The notes below the pieces were generated by a model. It had not been told where the DNA came from, searched no databases, and saw only the letters and a list, made by a program, of their open reading frames with translations. This document shows positions 29,418 to 38,836 of a DNA stretch of 64,000 bases, piece by piece. Source of the stretch: Peptococcaceae bacterium UBA5767 (lineage in GTDB: Bacteria > Bacillota > TC1 > UBA5767); contig DIET01000014.1 in assembly GCA_002418765.1 (NCBI GenBank), positions 48,376-112,375 on the forward strand, given 5' to 3'. How positions within the stretch are numbered: position 1 is the first letter of the stretch; each line of letters opens with the position of its first letter. Made by a program: the position numbers and the translations under genes.

Positions 29418-30360
29418 GAATCTCAAGTGTATACGTGAACCGGTATGTATCTCATTGGGGAACTTTGACGGCTTACATATAGCCCATAGGAGACTCATTG
29501 AACAAACTGTGCAGATGTCACGCGAGAACAACATAGCCTCAGCTATTCTGACGTTTTCACCGCACCCTAAAGAATACTTCTTCGGCAGAGGACCAGAGCA
29601 AATACTGCCTCATCATATCAAAGACAAATTACTTACCCAAATGGGGGTTGATTACCTTGTTATTCTTCCGTTTGATGCCCAAATGGCCACCATGCCTCCA
29701 GAAAAATTTGTCAAAGAAATACTGATTGATCGTTTCCACGCCCAGTGTATTTTCGCTGGCTACAATTATCATTTTGGAAATAAACAGATGGGCAATGTAT
29801 TCTTGTTGCAGGAGATGCAACAAGAATACAACATAAAGGTATGGGTTCAAAATGAAATCCGAATCAACAACATCAGTGTCAGTAGTACTGCTGTTCGTGA
29901 CTATATAAAAGAAGGAAAGGTTCACATTGCAGGAGCGTTGCTGGGCTATTATCCCCTCATAGAGGGTTCAGTAGTAAGAGGAAACAAATTGGGAACTTCC
30001 ATGGGATTTCCTACTGCCAATCTTGATTTACAAGAAAATTTATTGGTACCCAAAGAGGGTGTCTATATTGGGTATGTCAAATTTTCAGGAAATCTGTATA
30101 AATCTTTAATCAATGTGGGAACCAAACCGACCATTGGTGCTGGATTCAAAAAGAATATCGAAGCATATATGTTGGATTTTAAGGGAGATTTGTATGATAA
30201 GATGATCCAGGTTTGCTTTACCGAACGTATACGTGATGAGATGAAGTTCGATAGTTTACATGATTTGATGGCGCAAATGCACCTTGATGAACAAAAAGCA
30301 CGACATCAAGCATTTCCCACCAGGAGTAACATTGCTCTTTTTCCCGAATCTTTGTACTAG
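29404..30360 (+). CDS. ribF: bifunctional riboflavin kinase / FAD synthetase
   Basis: LGNFDGLHIAH nucleotidyltransferase motif. C-terminal kinase domain (GFPTANL, GVY, PTIG). Confidence 0.93.
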   Translation: MKIIENLKCIREPVCISLGNFDGLHIAHRRLIEQTVQMSRENNIASAILTFSPHPKEYFFGRGPEQILPHHIKDKLLTQMGVDYLVILPFDAQMATMPPEKFVKEILIDRFHAQCIFAGYNYHFGNKQMGNVFLLQEMQQEYNIKVWVQNEIRINNISVSSTAVRDYIKEGKVHIAGALLGYYPLIEGSVVRGNKLGTSMGFPTANLDLQENLLVPKEGVYIGYVKFSGNLYKSLINVGTKPTIGAGFKKNIEAYMLDFKGDLYDKMIQVCFTERIRDEMKFDSLHDLMAQMHLDEQKARHQAFPTRSNIALFPESLY

Positions 30361-30363
30361 TAC

Positions 30364-30392
30364 TTGTCAACTATAGACTTTTTTGTTATGAT
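30364..30392 (+). promoter_or_regulatory. sigmaA-type promoter of rpsO
   Basis: TTGTCA-17 nt-TATGAT with TGt extended -10. Confidence 0.55.
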
Positions 30393-30481
30393 AGCTTTTG
30401 TGGAACCTTAAGTTTGGTTAAACATTTCCTCGATGTGGTACGAGACTTAGGGCGATTATGAAAAAAAAGGAGGAAACCAAA

Positions 30482-30745
30482 ATGGCATTAAAAGTGAAAC
30501 AAGAGGTCATCGATGCTTATAAATTGAGTGACAATGACACTGGATCTTCTGAGGTTCAGATTGCATTATTGACCAACAGAATCAATCATCTGACGGCGCA
30601 TGTTCAGGTTCATAAAAAAGACCACCATACCCGAAGAGGTCTTTTGAAACTGGTTGGAAAACGCAAAAGGCTTCTAAAGTATCTGCGTGAAAATGATTTC
30701 GATCGTTATAGAACGGTAATTCAAAGTTTGGGTATTAGACGCTAA
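30482..30745 (+). CDS. rpsO: 30S ribosomal protein S15
   Basis: [48 protein letters not shown] is canonical S15. AAGGAGGA RBS before ATG 30482. Confidence 0.95.
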   Translation: MALKVKQEVIDAYKLSDNDTGSSEVQIALLTNRINHLTAHVQVHKKDHHTRRGLLKLVGKRKRLLKYLRENDFDRYRTVIQSLGIRR

Positions 30746-30759
30746 ATGACGTCATAGTA

Positions 30760-30789
30760 AGAACAGGTAATCATAGCCTGTTCTTTTTT
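30760..30789 (+). terminator. intrinsic terminator after rpsO
   Basis: AGAACAGG-loop-CCTGTTCT followed by TTTTT. Confidence 0.8.
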
Positions 30790-30790
30790 C

Positions 30791-30819
30791 TTGTTTTTTA
30801 ACGGGCAGACAATTATACT
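30791..30819 (+). promoter_or_regulatory. candidate sigmaA-type promoter of pnp
   Basis: TTGTTT-17 nt-TATACT directly after the rpsO terminator. Confidence 0.45.
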
Positions 30820-30882
30820 GGAAAAGAAGATGCAGAGAAAAATGAAAGTAGGGTTGGGAAGGCTCAACCGAAGGAGGACGTT

Positions 30883-33039
30883 TTGAAAAAAGTATTGAAG
30901 AAATCAATGGACATTGCAGGTAGAGAATTCTCTCTAGAATGTGGGAAAATGGCTATGCTGGCCAATGGATCGGTGGTAGCCAGGTATGGAGATACACTTA
31001 TCCTGTCTACAGCCACTATGGCAAAGGAGCCTCGTCAGGGAATGGATTTTTTTCCGCTTACTGTTGATTTCGAAGAAAAGATGTATTCAGCAGGTAAGAT
31101 TCCCGGCGGATTTATCAAACGTGAAGGGCGACCGGGTGAGAAAGGTATTTTGGCCTGCAGATTAACTGACAGACCAATCAGACCATTGTTCCCCAAAGGA
31201 TTCAAAAACGATATTCAGATTGTGAATACCGTTCTATCGAATGATGAAGACAATGAATTTGATGTAATTGGCATCATTGGATCATCTGTTGCACTACACT
31301 TGTCTGATGCTCCATTTTTAGGACCCATTGCCGCCATTCGAGTTGGTCTGATCGAGGATGAATATGTTTTCAATCCCACCATGGAACAGCATAGGGAAAG
31401 TTTACTGAATCTTACGGTGGCTGGGACTTTTGATGCGGTCATGATGGTAGAAGCCGGCGCCAATATGGTCTCAGAGGGAAAAGTGCTGGAAGCGATTTTG
31501 CTGGCGCATGAGGAAATTAAAAAAATTGTTCGTTTTATTGAAAAATTCAGGGATGAAGCTTTGGCTTTAGGACTAGCCAAAGACAAGTTGATATTTGTTC
31601 CGGAAGAAATAGATCCTGATTACAAGCAGACAGTTGTGACACATATTCAAGAACGGTTGACTGAGGTGGTGCAGCGTGCAAAAAATGAAAAAGCGAGCAA
31701 GCAAGAACGTGATGCCTTGTTTCATGAATGCAAATCATTAGCCAAAGAGAGCTTCTTTGAACAGTATGAATCGTTGCTGGAAGAAAATCCTGAATATAAA
31801 GGATGGTTTTCCAATATTTATAGTGAAACCGAGAAGAAGACCATAAGACAAATGATCATCAAAGAAGGCGTTCGCATCGATGGACGATTACTGGATCAAG
31901 TACGCAACATTCAGTGTGAAGTCGGTTTATTGCCCCGGGTGCATGGTTCTGCTTTGTTTACACGTGGCGAAACGCAAATTCTATCCTCCGTTACCTTGGG
32001 TACGGGTGCTGATGAGCAGATGATTGACGGATTAAATACACAGGAGCTAACCAAACGGTATATACATCACTACAATTTTCCACCCTATAGTGTAGGAGAA
32101 GTGAGACCGATGAGAGGCCCAGGAAGAAGAGAAATTGGACACGGAAATCTCGCAGAACGTGCATTGATACCAGTTGTTCCCAGCAATGATGCTTTTCCTT
32201 ATGTGATTCGTGTCGTATCTGAGGCCCTTAGTTCCAATGGTTCTACTTCCATGGGTAGTGTTTGTGGATCCAGTATGAGTCTCATGAATGCAGGTGTCCC
32301 TATATCGGCAGGGGTATCAGGTATTGCCATGGGATTAATCAAAGAAGGGGAAGACGTGATCGTCTTGACCGACATTCAGGGGTTGGAAGACCATTTAGGA
32401 GATATGGATTTTAAGGTAACTGGTACTAGAGAAGGCGTTACTGCAATGCAGATGGATATCAAATGTGATGGAATCAATAGAGAAATTCTGCATGAAGCTT
32501 TACAGGCTGCTCTGAAGGGTCGGTTGCATATTCTTGATAAAATGGAGGAAGCCATTCAGGTTCCCAATGAGGAGCTTTCACCCTATGCGCCTAAAATTAC
32601 TACTCTGTGGATCAGTACAGACAAGATACGCGAAGTGATAGGACCAGGGGGAAAAGTCATCAAGAAGATCATTGAAGAAACCGGGGTTCAAATCAATATC
32701 ACGGATGATGGGCGTGTCGACATAGCGGCTGTTGATCAAGAAGCAGGTCAAAAAGCCATCGATATTATCACAGCCATTACCGCAGAAGTTGAACCAGGTA
32801 AGATCTATGAAGGAAAAGTTGTAAAAGTTATGGAATTTGGTGCTTTTGTTGAGGTAATCCCTGGTGTGTATGGAGCCAGTGGGAAAGAAGGTCTTGTTCA
32901 TATTTCCCAACTAGACTATAAACGTGTCGAAAAGGTTGAGGATGTAGTTAAAGAAGGTGAGTCCATTCGTGTAAAAGCTATGGGATATGATAAACAAGGA
33001 CGTCTAAAATTGTCTAGAAAAGATGCCATAAAAGAGTAA
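30883..33039 (+). CDS. pnp: polyribonucleotide nucleotidyltransferase (PNPase)
   Basis: Two RNase PH domains, KH ([10 protein letters not shown]) and S1 ([15 protein letters not shown]) domains. TTG start 8 nt after AAGGAGG; ATG 30907 is an alternative. Confidence 0.95.
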   Translation: MKKVLKKSMDIAGREFSLECGKMAMLANGSVVARYGDTLILSTATMAKEPRQGMDFFPLTVDFEEKMYSAGKIPGGFIKREGRPGEKGILACRLTDRPIRPLFPKGFKNDIQIVNTVLSNDEDNEFDVIGIIGSSVALHLSDAPFLGPIAAIRVGLIEDEYVFNPTMEQHRESLLNLTVAGTFDAVMMVEAGANMVSEGKVLEAILLAHEEIKKIVRFIEKFRDEALALGLAKDKLIFVPEEIDPDYKQTVVTHIQERLTEVVQRAKNEKASKQERDALFHECKSLAKESFFEQYESLLEENPEYKGWFSNIYSETEKKTIRQMIIKEGVRIDGRLLDQVRNIQCEVGLLPRVHGSALFTRGETQILSSVTLGTGADEQMIDGLNTQELTKRYIHHYNFPPYSVGEVRPMRGPGRREIGHGNLAERALIPVVPSNDAFPYVIRVVSEALSSNGSTSMGSVCGSSMSLMNAGVPISAGVSGIAMGLIKEGEDVIVLTDIQGLEDHLGDMDFKVTGTREGVTAMQMDIKCDGINREILHEALQAALKGRLHILDKMEEAIQVPNEELSPYAPKITTLWISTDKIREVIGPGGKVIKKIIEETGVQINITDDGRVDIAAVDQEAGQKAIDIITAITAEVEPGKIYEGKVVKVMEFGAFVEVIPGVYGASGKEGLVHISQLDYKRVEKVEDVVKEGESIRVKAMGYDKQGRLKLSRKDAIKE

Positions 33040-33060
33040 CTAACTCCAAACGGTAGGATA

Positions 33061-33119
33061 CCTCTCAAGTAGATAGTCTAATGAATCAGAATTAGACTAT
33101 CTACTTTGGAGGTTTTTTT
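33061..33119 (+). terminator. strong intrinsic terminator after pnp
   Basis: Long (>20 bp) hairpin with core AGTAGATAGTCTAAT / ATTAGACTATCTACT, extended by CCTC.../...GGAGG, followed directly by TTTTTTT. Confidence 0.85.
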
Positions 33120-33120
33120 A

Positions 33121-33149
33121 TTGACAATATGTTATGTATTCAATATAAT
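33121..33149 (+). promoter_or_regulatory. sigmaA-type promoter of the ars cluster
   Basis: Consensus TTGACA-17 nt-TATAAT. Confidence 0.65.
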
Positions 33150-33150
33150 C

Positions 33151-33170
33151 ATATACGGATATACGAATAT
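33151..33170 (+). promoter_or_regulatory. candidate ArsR operator
   Basis: ATATACGGATATACGAATAT lies immediately downstream of the -10. It has 8-bp periodic ATATACG repeats and is also a 16/20 imperfect palindrome. Confidence 0.4.
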
Positions 33171-33188
33171 GGAAGCGAGGTACGGCAA

Positions 33189-33587
33189 ATGAAAATTGGT
33201 ATGATCTGCATTGGTAATTCATGCCGCAGTCAAATGGCAGAAGGATTCTTAAAACATAGGGAAGATCCTAATGTTGAAGTGTATAGCGCCGGGACGGAAC
33301 CGGGAGATCAAATCAATCCAAATGCTATATTGGTCATGGAAGAGCTGGGCATTGATCTTACTGGCCAATATCCAAAATATGTGGAGGATATTCCCGATTT
33401 GGATATACTGGTTACGATGGGGTGTGGTGTTCAATGTCCATCTAAACCGGCGAAATACCGGGTAGCCTGGGAGATTGACGACCCCGTGGGCAAAGATCTC
33501 GATGTTTTTCGTCAAACAAGGGATATCATACAAGAAAACATTAATAATTTGTTGTATGATATGGAAAGTGGCAAATTCCATGAATAA
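33189..33587 (+). CDS. arsC: arsenate reductase, LMW-PTPase (thioredoxin-coupled) family
   Basis: CIGNSCRSQMAEG CX5R P-loop and downstream GCGVQCP cysteines. Adjacent arsR. Confidence 0.85.
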   Translation: MKIGMICIGNSCRSQMAEGFLKHREDPNVEVYSAGTEPGDQINPNAILVMEELGIDLTGQYPKYVEDIPDLDILVTMGCGVQCPSKPAKYRVAWEIDDPVGKDLDVFRQTRDIIQENINNLLYDMESGKFHE

Positions 33588-33921
33588 ATTAGAGGATTTT
33601 TTTAAACTTTTGGCTGATGAGACAAGACTGAGAGTGTTGCATCTTTTGTCATATGGCCCATTGTGTGTTTGTCAATTGACGGGAATCATGAAGGAGCCTC
33701 AAGCAAAAGTTTCCAGACACTTATCCAAGTTAAGAGATGGAAAACTGGTGAAAACGACTCGGCAGGAGCAGTTTATCGAGTATCGTTTAGCAGATGATCA
33801 TGCGTTGCTGATGGCTTTGATATCCATTTTGCATGATTACCAAAATGATGAATACTGGAAACAAGATATACAGAATTTGGCATTCAAAGATGTCTTTCTC
33901 AACGAGTGTAAACACAAATAA
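33580..33921 (+). CDS. arsR: ArsR/SmtB family metalloregulator
   Basis: FKLLADETRLRVLHLL...LCVCQL (As(III)-binding CVC motif in the HTH region). ATG 33580 overlaps the arsC stop. Confidence 0.85.
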   Translation: MNKLEDFFKLLADETRLRVLHLLSYGPLCVCQLTGIMKEPQAKVSRHLSKLRDGKLVKTTRQEQFIEYRLADDHALLMALISILHDYQNDEYWKQDIQNLAFKDVFLNECKHK

Positions 33922-33935
33922 GCGGAGGCAATAGT

Positions 33936-34952
33936 ATGCAAAGCATTTCTGATATTTTGAGTTGGATGAACCAACAACTTTTACGTATGGATTGGCTTTA
34001 CCAACTCATTTGGAATTTATTGGGCCAGGTATTTGGGATAGACATGCAATCCCGTATGGGTGAGAGTCTGCATTTTTTTATTTATGATGTTATCAAAATT
34101 TTCATTCTTCTTACTGTCTTGATTTACGGTATTTCTTTCATACAAAGTTATTTCCCGCCAGAGAAAACAAAGCGAATTTTGGGTGGTGTGAAGGGGATAA
34201 AAGGCAATATTCTGGGTGCTCTACTAGGTACCATAACACCATTTTGCAGTTGCTCCAGCATCCCAATATTCATTGGATTCACATCTGCCGGGCTGCCAAT
34301 GGGGGTTGTTTTTTCATTTTTGATCTCTTCTCCTTTTGTTGATTTGGCTTCTTTGTTGGTTTTAAGCTCGTTTTTCGGCTTCAAAATCGCTATAGCCTAT
34401 GTTTTGGTTGGACTTCTTTTGGCCATAGCCGGTGGAACACTCATTGAAGCGTTGCATATGGAAGAATATGTTGAAGCCTATGTTCGTAATGCTCAGAATG
34501 TTCAGACTGATATGGAAGAGATGACCATGAAAGAACGTGGTGAGTATTCTTTAGAGCAGGTGAAGAGTATATTTATCAAAGTTTGGAAATTTGTTCTTCT
34601 GGGGGTAGGTATTGGTGCTGTTATCCATAACTGGATCCCGCAGTCTGTCATTGAAAGTGTCATCGGCAGTAGTAATCCTTTTGCAGTCTTGTTGGCTACT
34701 TTGGTAGGTATACCTATGTATGCTGATATTTTTGGAACGATACCGATTGCAGAAGCGTTGTTTCTTAAGGGAGTCAATGTGGGTACAGTTCTCTCTTTCA
34801 TGATGGCGGTTACTGCCTTATCCTTGCCTTCCATCATCATGATCAGTAAAGTGATCAAAGGGCGACTGTTGTATACATTTGTAGGAATTATAGCAGGAGG
34901 GATCGTTCTTATCGGCTATTTCTTCAATGCATTTTCCTTTTTGCTCATTTAA
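33936..34952 (+). CDS. permease of the ArsP/DUF318 (UPF0718) family
   Basis: About 8-10 TM segments and the family-typical TPFCSCSSIP motif. Followed by the small redox-active disulfide protein usually paired with this family. Confidence 0.75.
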   Translation: MQSISDILSWMNQQLLRMDWLYQLIWNLLGQVFGIDMQSRMGESLHFFIYDVIKIFILLTVLIYGISFIQSYFPPEKTKRILGGVKGIKGNILGALLGTITPFCSCSSIPIFIGFTSAGLPMGVVFSFLISSPFVDLASLLVLSSFFGFKIAIAYVLVGLLLAIAGGTLIEALHMEEYVEAYVRNAQNVQTDMEEMTMKERGEYSLEQVKSIFIKVWKFVLLGVGIGAVIHNWIPQSVIESVIGSSNPFAVLLATLVGIPMYADIFGTIPIAEALFLKGVNVGTVLSFMMAVTALSLPSIIMISKVIKGRLLYTFVGIIAGGIVLIGYFFNAFSFLLI

Positions 34953-34997
34953 CAGCTTTACATTACAATACAATTTATGATTATGGAAAGGGATATT

Positions 34998-35228
34998 ATG
35001 AAAATTGAAATTTTAGGAACTGGATGTAAAAAATGTAAACAGTTGCAATTGGAAGCGGAAAAAGCCGTTTCTATGTCAGGGATTACAGCTGATGTGATCA
35101 AGATAGACAACCCTATAGATATCGCTGCCTATGGGGTCATGAATACACCTGCCATTGCTATTGATGGAAAGATCATGGCCAGTGGCAAAGTGATAGACGC
35201 CAAAAAAATCATGGAATGGTTGTCTTAA
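34998..35228 (+). CDS. thioredoxin-fold redox-active disulfide protein 2 family
   Basis: MKIEILGTGCKKCKQL CxxC motif, about 77 aa. Confidence 0.75.
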   Translation: MKIEILGTGCKKCKQLQLEAEKAVSMSGITADVIKIDNPIDIAAYGVMNTPAIAIDGKIMASGKVIDAKKIMEWLS

Positions 35229-35326
35229 AAAAATGCGAATCCATGGCCATGGAACCGATGCGAAATCTTGCAATTACCAGTTGATTATCCATGGTATTTC
35301 CTTTAGGGTATAAGAAAGGAGTTGCC

Positions 35327-35872
35327 ATGACCATCCAAACCATGTTTTTCGATTTTTTTAAGATTGCTTTGTTCACACTAGGTGGCGGATATGCCATATT
35401 GCCTGTGATGCACAATCATTTTGTGAAGAAAAAAAAACTTATATCAGAAAATGAGTTTCAAGAATTTCTTTCGGTAGTACAAGGTCTTCCTGGGTCTTTG
35501 GCAGCCAATTGTGCAACCTTGATAGGATACAAACTCTATGGGGTTTTTGGTTCCATCATTGCTGTTCTAGGAAGTATTATGCCTTCGTTTATCACCATCA
35601 CATTGATCAGCATCTTTTTTTCACAAATCAGCAGTGTCACGGTCGTGGCCAAATTCTTTTTGGGAATTCGCCCTGCCGTAGTGGCTCTGATTCTGTACTT
35701 TGGGATCGGGATGATGAGAAAAACGAGATGGAATATCATCAAGGGCATCATGCTGGTATTCTTCTTATGTATGTTTATCTTTCTTAACATAAATCCTATC
35801 ATGATGATTCTATTGGGAATATTTTCAGGCCTTTTGTATACTGCTTGGATTATCAGAAAGGGAAAAGCATGA
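35327..35872 (+). CDS. chrA: chromate transporter family protein (short-chain CHR, N-half type)
   Basis: FFKIALFTLGGGYAILPVM CHR motif, about 180 aa. AAGGAG RBS before ATG 35327. Confidence 0.8.
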   Translation: MTIQTMFFDFFKIALFTLGGGYAILPVMHNHFVKKKKLISENEFQEFLSVVQGLPGSLAANCATLIGYKLYGVFGSIIAVLGSIMPSFITITLISIFFSQISSVTVVAKFFLGIRPAVVALILYFGIGMMRKTRWNIIKGIMLVFFLCMFIFLNINPIMMILLGIFSGLLYTAWIIRKGKA

Positions 35873-36390
35873 TCTATTGGCAGCTTTTTTGTATTTTTTT
35901 TAAGGTCGGCCTATTCAGCTTCGGAGGTGGGTTGGCCATGATTCCACTTATTCAGAATGAAGTTGTCCTGAAGATGAATTGGCTAAGTCCATTTGAATTT
36001 TTAGATGCCATCGCTTTTGCACAGCTTACACCTGGACCTATTGCACTCAATGTGGCTACATATGCAGGCCATCAGACGGGTGGGATCTTTGGTGGGGTCG
36101 TAGCCACAGCTGGAGTTGTGATGCCCTCGTTTATGATTAGTCTTGCCCTGGCTGTATTGTTTTCTCGCGTGAGGGGACATATGGCTTATCAGAATGTATT
36201 GGAAATCATCAAATTGGTCGCGATTGCTTTGATTGTATCAACAGCCATTCTACTTTGGCCTAATTCCATAATAGACAGCCGAGGTATTCTCATTTTTGCT
36301 GCTAGTTTTCTTCTGTTCAATTTAGAACGTTTCAATCCTGCCCTGATCATCATTTTGGCGGGGTTTGCTGGATTGATTGTATACGCATAA
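35869..36390 (+). CDS. chrA: chromate transporter family protein (short-chain CHR, C-half type)
   Basis: FFKVGLFSFGGGLAMIPLI CHR motif. ATGA overlap with the preceding gene. Confidence 0.8.
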   Translation: MIYWQLFCIFFKVGLFSFGGGLAMIPLIQNEVVLKMNWLSPFEFLDAIAFAQLTPGPIALNVATYAGHQTGGIFGGVVATAGVVMPSFMISLALAVLFSRVRGHMAYQNVLEIIKLVAIALIVSTAILLWPNSIIDSRGILIFAASFLLFNLERFNPALIIILAGFAGLIVYA

Positions 36391-36418
36391 AAAAAGGCTT
36401 CTATATAAGAAGCCTTTT
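36391..36418. terminator. bidirectional terminator between chrA and rpmB
   Basis: AAAAGGCTTCT-atata-AGAAGCCTTTT. Confidence 0.8.
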
Positions 36419-36420
36419 CA

Positions 36421-36609
36421 TTATACTGCCCTTTTCACACTACCCGAACGTAAACAACGGGTGCAGACGTTCATCTTTTTGTTTGAGCCACCAACGTTGA
36501 CGCGTACTTTTTGGATATTTGCACGCCAAACCCTTTTGTTCTTTATATTTGAGTGGGACGCTGTCATACCAGCAACGGTTGTTTTTCCACAGATATCACA
36601 TTTTGCCAT
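36421..36609 (-). CDS. rpmB: 50S ribosomal protein L28
   Basis: MAKCDICGKTTVAGMTASHSNIKNKRVWRANIQKVRV... is canonical L28. Divergent from asp23-yloV, as in Bacillus. Confidence 0.95.
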   Translation of the reverse strand: MAKCDICGKTTVAGMTASHSNIKNKRVWRANIQKVRVNVGGSNKKMNVCTRCLRSGSVKRAV

Positions 36610-36710
36610 TCTATCGCACCTCCTTTAGTTTGAACAATTTCTTTTTTACATACCCTTAGAGTATAGCAGTCCACCATGCTTTACGCAACCCCCAGACTCC
36701 TTTTATTAGT

Positions 36711-36739
36711 TTGAGGTTTAAATTTATTCATGTTATAAT
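36711..36739 (+). promoter_or_regulatory. sigmaA-type promoter of asp23-yloV
   Basis: TTGAGG-17 nt-TATAAT with TGt extended -10. Confidence 0.55.
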
Positions 36740-36761
36740 CCATTCAGGAAAGGAGAGTATC

Positions 36762-37118
36762 ATGCCAAATAAAATGAAAACAAAAGATGGTACAATCACC
36801 ATTACAAAGGATGTCATTGCTGATATTGCTGGTGCCGCAACGACAGAATGCTATGGAATTGTCGGTATGGCCAGCCAAAAGATTCAAGATGGTTTGTTTC
36901 AGCTTATCGGTTCCGAATCTATGAACAAAGGAATCATTGTTCGCACAAAGAATGAGAGAATAACGATAGATTTATACATTTTGGTGAGCTATGGAACAAA
37001 AATTAGTGTTGTTGCCCAAAATATAATAGAAAATGTGAGATACAAAGTTGAAACGCTGACCGGCGTAAAAATTGAAAAAATAAATGTCATCGTACAGGGT
37101 GTAAGAACGATTGACTAG
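36762..37118 (+). CDS. Asp23/Gls24 family envelope stress protein (YloU-like)
   Basis: ITKDVIADIAGAATTECYGIVGM is typical Asp23. RBS GGAAAGGAGAG before ATG 36762. Confidence 0.85.
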   Translation: MPNKMKTKDGTITITKDVIADIAGAATTECYGIVGMASQKIQDGLFQLIGSESMNKGIIVRTKNERITIDLYILVSYGTKISVVAQNIIENVRYKVETLTGVKIEKINVIVQGVRTID

Positions 37119-37131
37119 GAGGTGCATGCAT

Positions 37132-38736
37132 ATGATGAAAGACTATTTTGATGCATCTCAGCTAAAGGACATGTTTATTGCTGGTGCAAACAATTTAGCA
37201 GCCAATAAGGAAATGATCAACAACTTGAATGTATTTCCCGTTCCGGACGGGGATACAGGTACCAACATGAGTCTGACAGTCATGTCTGCTACCAAAGAAT
37301 TGGAGAAATATGACAAGTTGAGCTACAACGAATTTGCTAAAGCATTGTCTACAGGTGCTCTGATGGGAGCGAGAGGTAATTCAGGCGTTATTTTATCCCA
37401 AATATTCAGAGGTTTTGCCAATGTCATTGCTGATGCTGAACAGGTAGACCAGCAGACGTTGGCTGATGCTACACATCATGCTGTGGAAATTGCTTATAAA
37501 GCGGTCATCAAACCGGTTGAAGGTACTATTCTTACCATCATTCGTGCCCTTAGCCAAGCTGCCAAAGAGGCTCTTTCACTCTCAATGAGCATGGAAGATA
37601 TGATATCTTACATGATATCTGAGGGGTACAAAATGTTGGACAAGACACCGGATATGCTACCAATACTTAAGCAGGCCAACGTCGTGGACGCTGGTGGGAT
37701 GGGATTGTTGGTCATGCTTCAAGGGGCAGAGGCTCATTTGAAAGGCATTGAAATCGAAAATGTATTTTCTGCTGATGTTGAAGTGGAAATCAAGGACCAT
37801 AGAGAATTGAGAGAAGAAGATATTATTTATCCATATTGTACGGAATTATTCATCAAAGGAATTAATCTGAAAAAAGAAATAATTATTCATGAATTAAACA
37901 AACTCGTTGGAGACAGCTTGGTGGTAGTCGTTCAAGACGATATAGCTAAAATTCACATGCATACGGATGACCCTGGAAAAATTCTGGGTTATGGTGTAAC
38001 ACTCGGAAGTTTGCATGATATAAAAATAGAAAACATGAGAGAACAATTTGAAGTTCGTCAAAAAAAGCCTGAAGAACGCAAAGCATTTGGCTTCATGACG
38101 GTTGCATCTGGAGATGGACTTAGGGAAATAGCCAAAAGTATGGGTGTCGACTACACGGTTTCAGGTGGGCAAACCATGAATCCCAGCACAGAAGACATTG
38201 TTGCTGGTATCAAGGAAGTTCATGCCGAAACTGTTTATGTTCTTCCCAACAATAAGAATATCATCATGGCAGCAGAGCAATCGGTTCATTTATTGCCTGA
38301 TTTGCATGTGGTTGTGATTCCAAGCACCTCATTTGCGCAAGGCATGGCATCCCTGATTGCTTTCAACCCAGAGTTGACATCGGCAGAGAACAAAGAGAAC
38401 ATGTTGGGTGCAATGGAGCAAATTGTATCTTGTGAGGTTACCTATGCTGTGCGCGACACTGAATTTGACGGTCATACGATCAAGGAAGGTGGTATTTTAG
38501 GTTTAGCAGATGGAAAAATCGTGCTTACTGGAGATGAAGTCAGAAAAACAACCCTGGATCTAATTAGCGAGGTTGAGAATGGCCATGAAATTATTACCAT
38601 TTATTATGGCGAAGATGTCTTAGAAGAAGATGCCAATGAACTGATATCGGAACTGGAAAAGCGATACGAAGATGCTGAAATTGAGTTGTATTATGGCGGT
38701 CAGCCGCTATACTACTATTTGATATCCATTGAATAA
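37132..38736 (+). CDS. yloV: DAK2 domain fusion protein YloV
   Basis: NVFPVPDGDTGTNM Dak2 motif plus C-terminal DegV-like/uncharacterised domain. Conserved pairing with asp23. Confidence 0.85.
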   Translation: MMKDYFDASQLKDMFIAGANNLAANKEMINNLNVFPVPDGDTGTNMSLTVMSATKELEKYDKLSYNEFAKALSTGALMGARGNSGVILSQIFRGFANVIADAEQVDQQTLADATHHAVEIAYKAVIKPVEGTILTIIRALSQAAKEALSLSMSMEDMISYMISEGYKMLDKTPDMLPILKQANVVDAGGMGLLVMLQGAEAHLKGIEIENVFSADVEVEIKDHRELREEDIIYPYCTELFIKGINLKKEIIIHELNKLVGDSLVVVVQDDIAKIHMHTDDPGKILGYGVTLGSLHDIKIENMREQFEVRQKKPEERKAFGFMTVASGDGLREIAKSMGVDYTVSGGQTMNPSTEDIVAGIKEVHAETVYVLPNNKNIIMAAEQSVHLLPDLHVVVIPSTSFAQGMASLIAFNPELTSAENKENMLGAMEQIVSCEVTYAVRDTEFDGHTIKEGGILGLADGKIVLTGDEVRKTTLDLISEVENGHEIITIYYGEDVLEEDANELISELEKRYEDAEIELYYGGQPLYYYLISIE

Positions 38737-38742
38737 TTCCAG

Positions 38743-38766
38743 GGGCCTGATTATTCAGGCCCTTTT
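38743..38766 (+). terminator. intrinsic terminator after yloV
   Basis: GGGCCTGA-ttat-TCAGGCCC followed by TTTT. Confidence 0.8.
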
Positions 38767-38836
38767 GATGTTTTTATAGCCATGCGATGAAAATGGCCTT
38801 GTAGAATTCAATAATACTCAAGAGTTGGAGAACGAA

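Noticed and set aside
30393-30481. Possible S15 autoregulatory leader upstream of rpsO.
   Set aside because: Only 4-bp pairings were visible by eye, with no convincing three-way junction or pseudoknot. A covariance-model search is needed before it can be called.
30830-30886. 18-codon upstream ORF ([18 protein letters not shown]) whose TGA overlaps the pnp TTG start.
   Set aside because: There is no convincing RBS, and its basic composition comes from reading across the purine-rich pnp RBS. It cannot be supported as a gene from sequence alone.
36377-36628. 83-aa plus-strand ORF after chrA.
   Set aside because: It runs through the bidirectional terminator and is antisense to the well-supported L28 gene.
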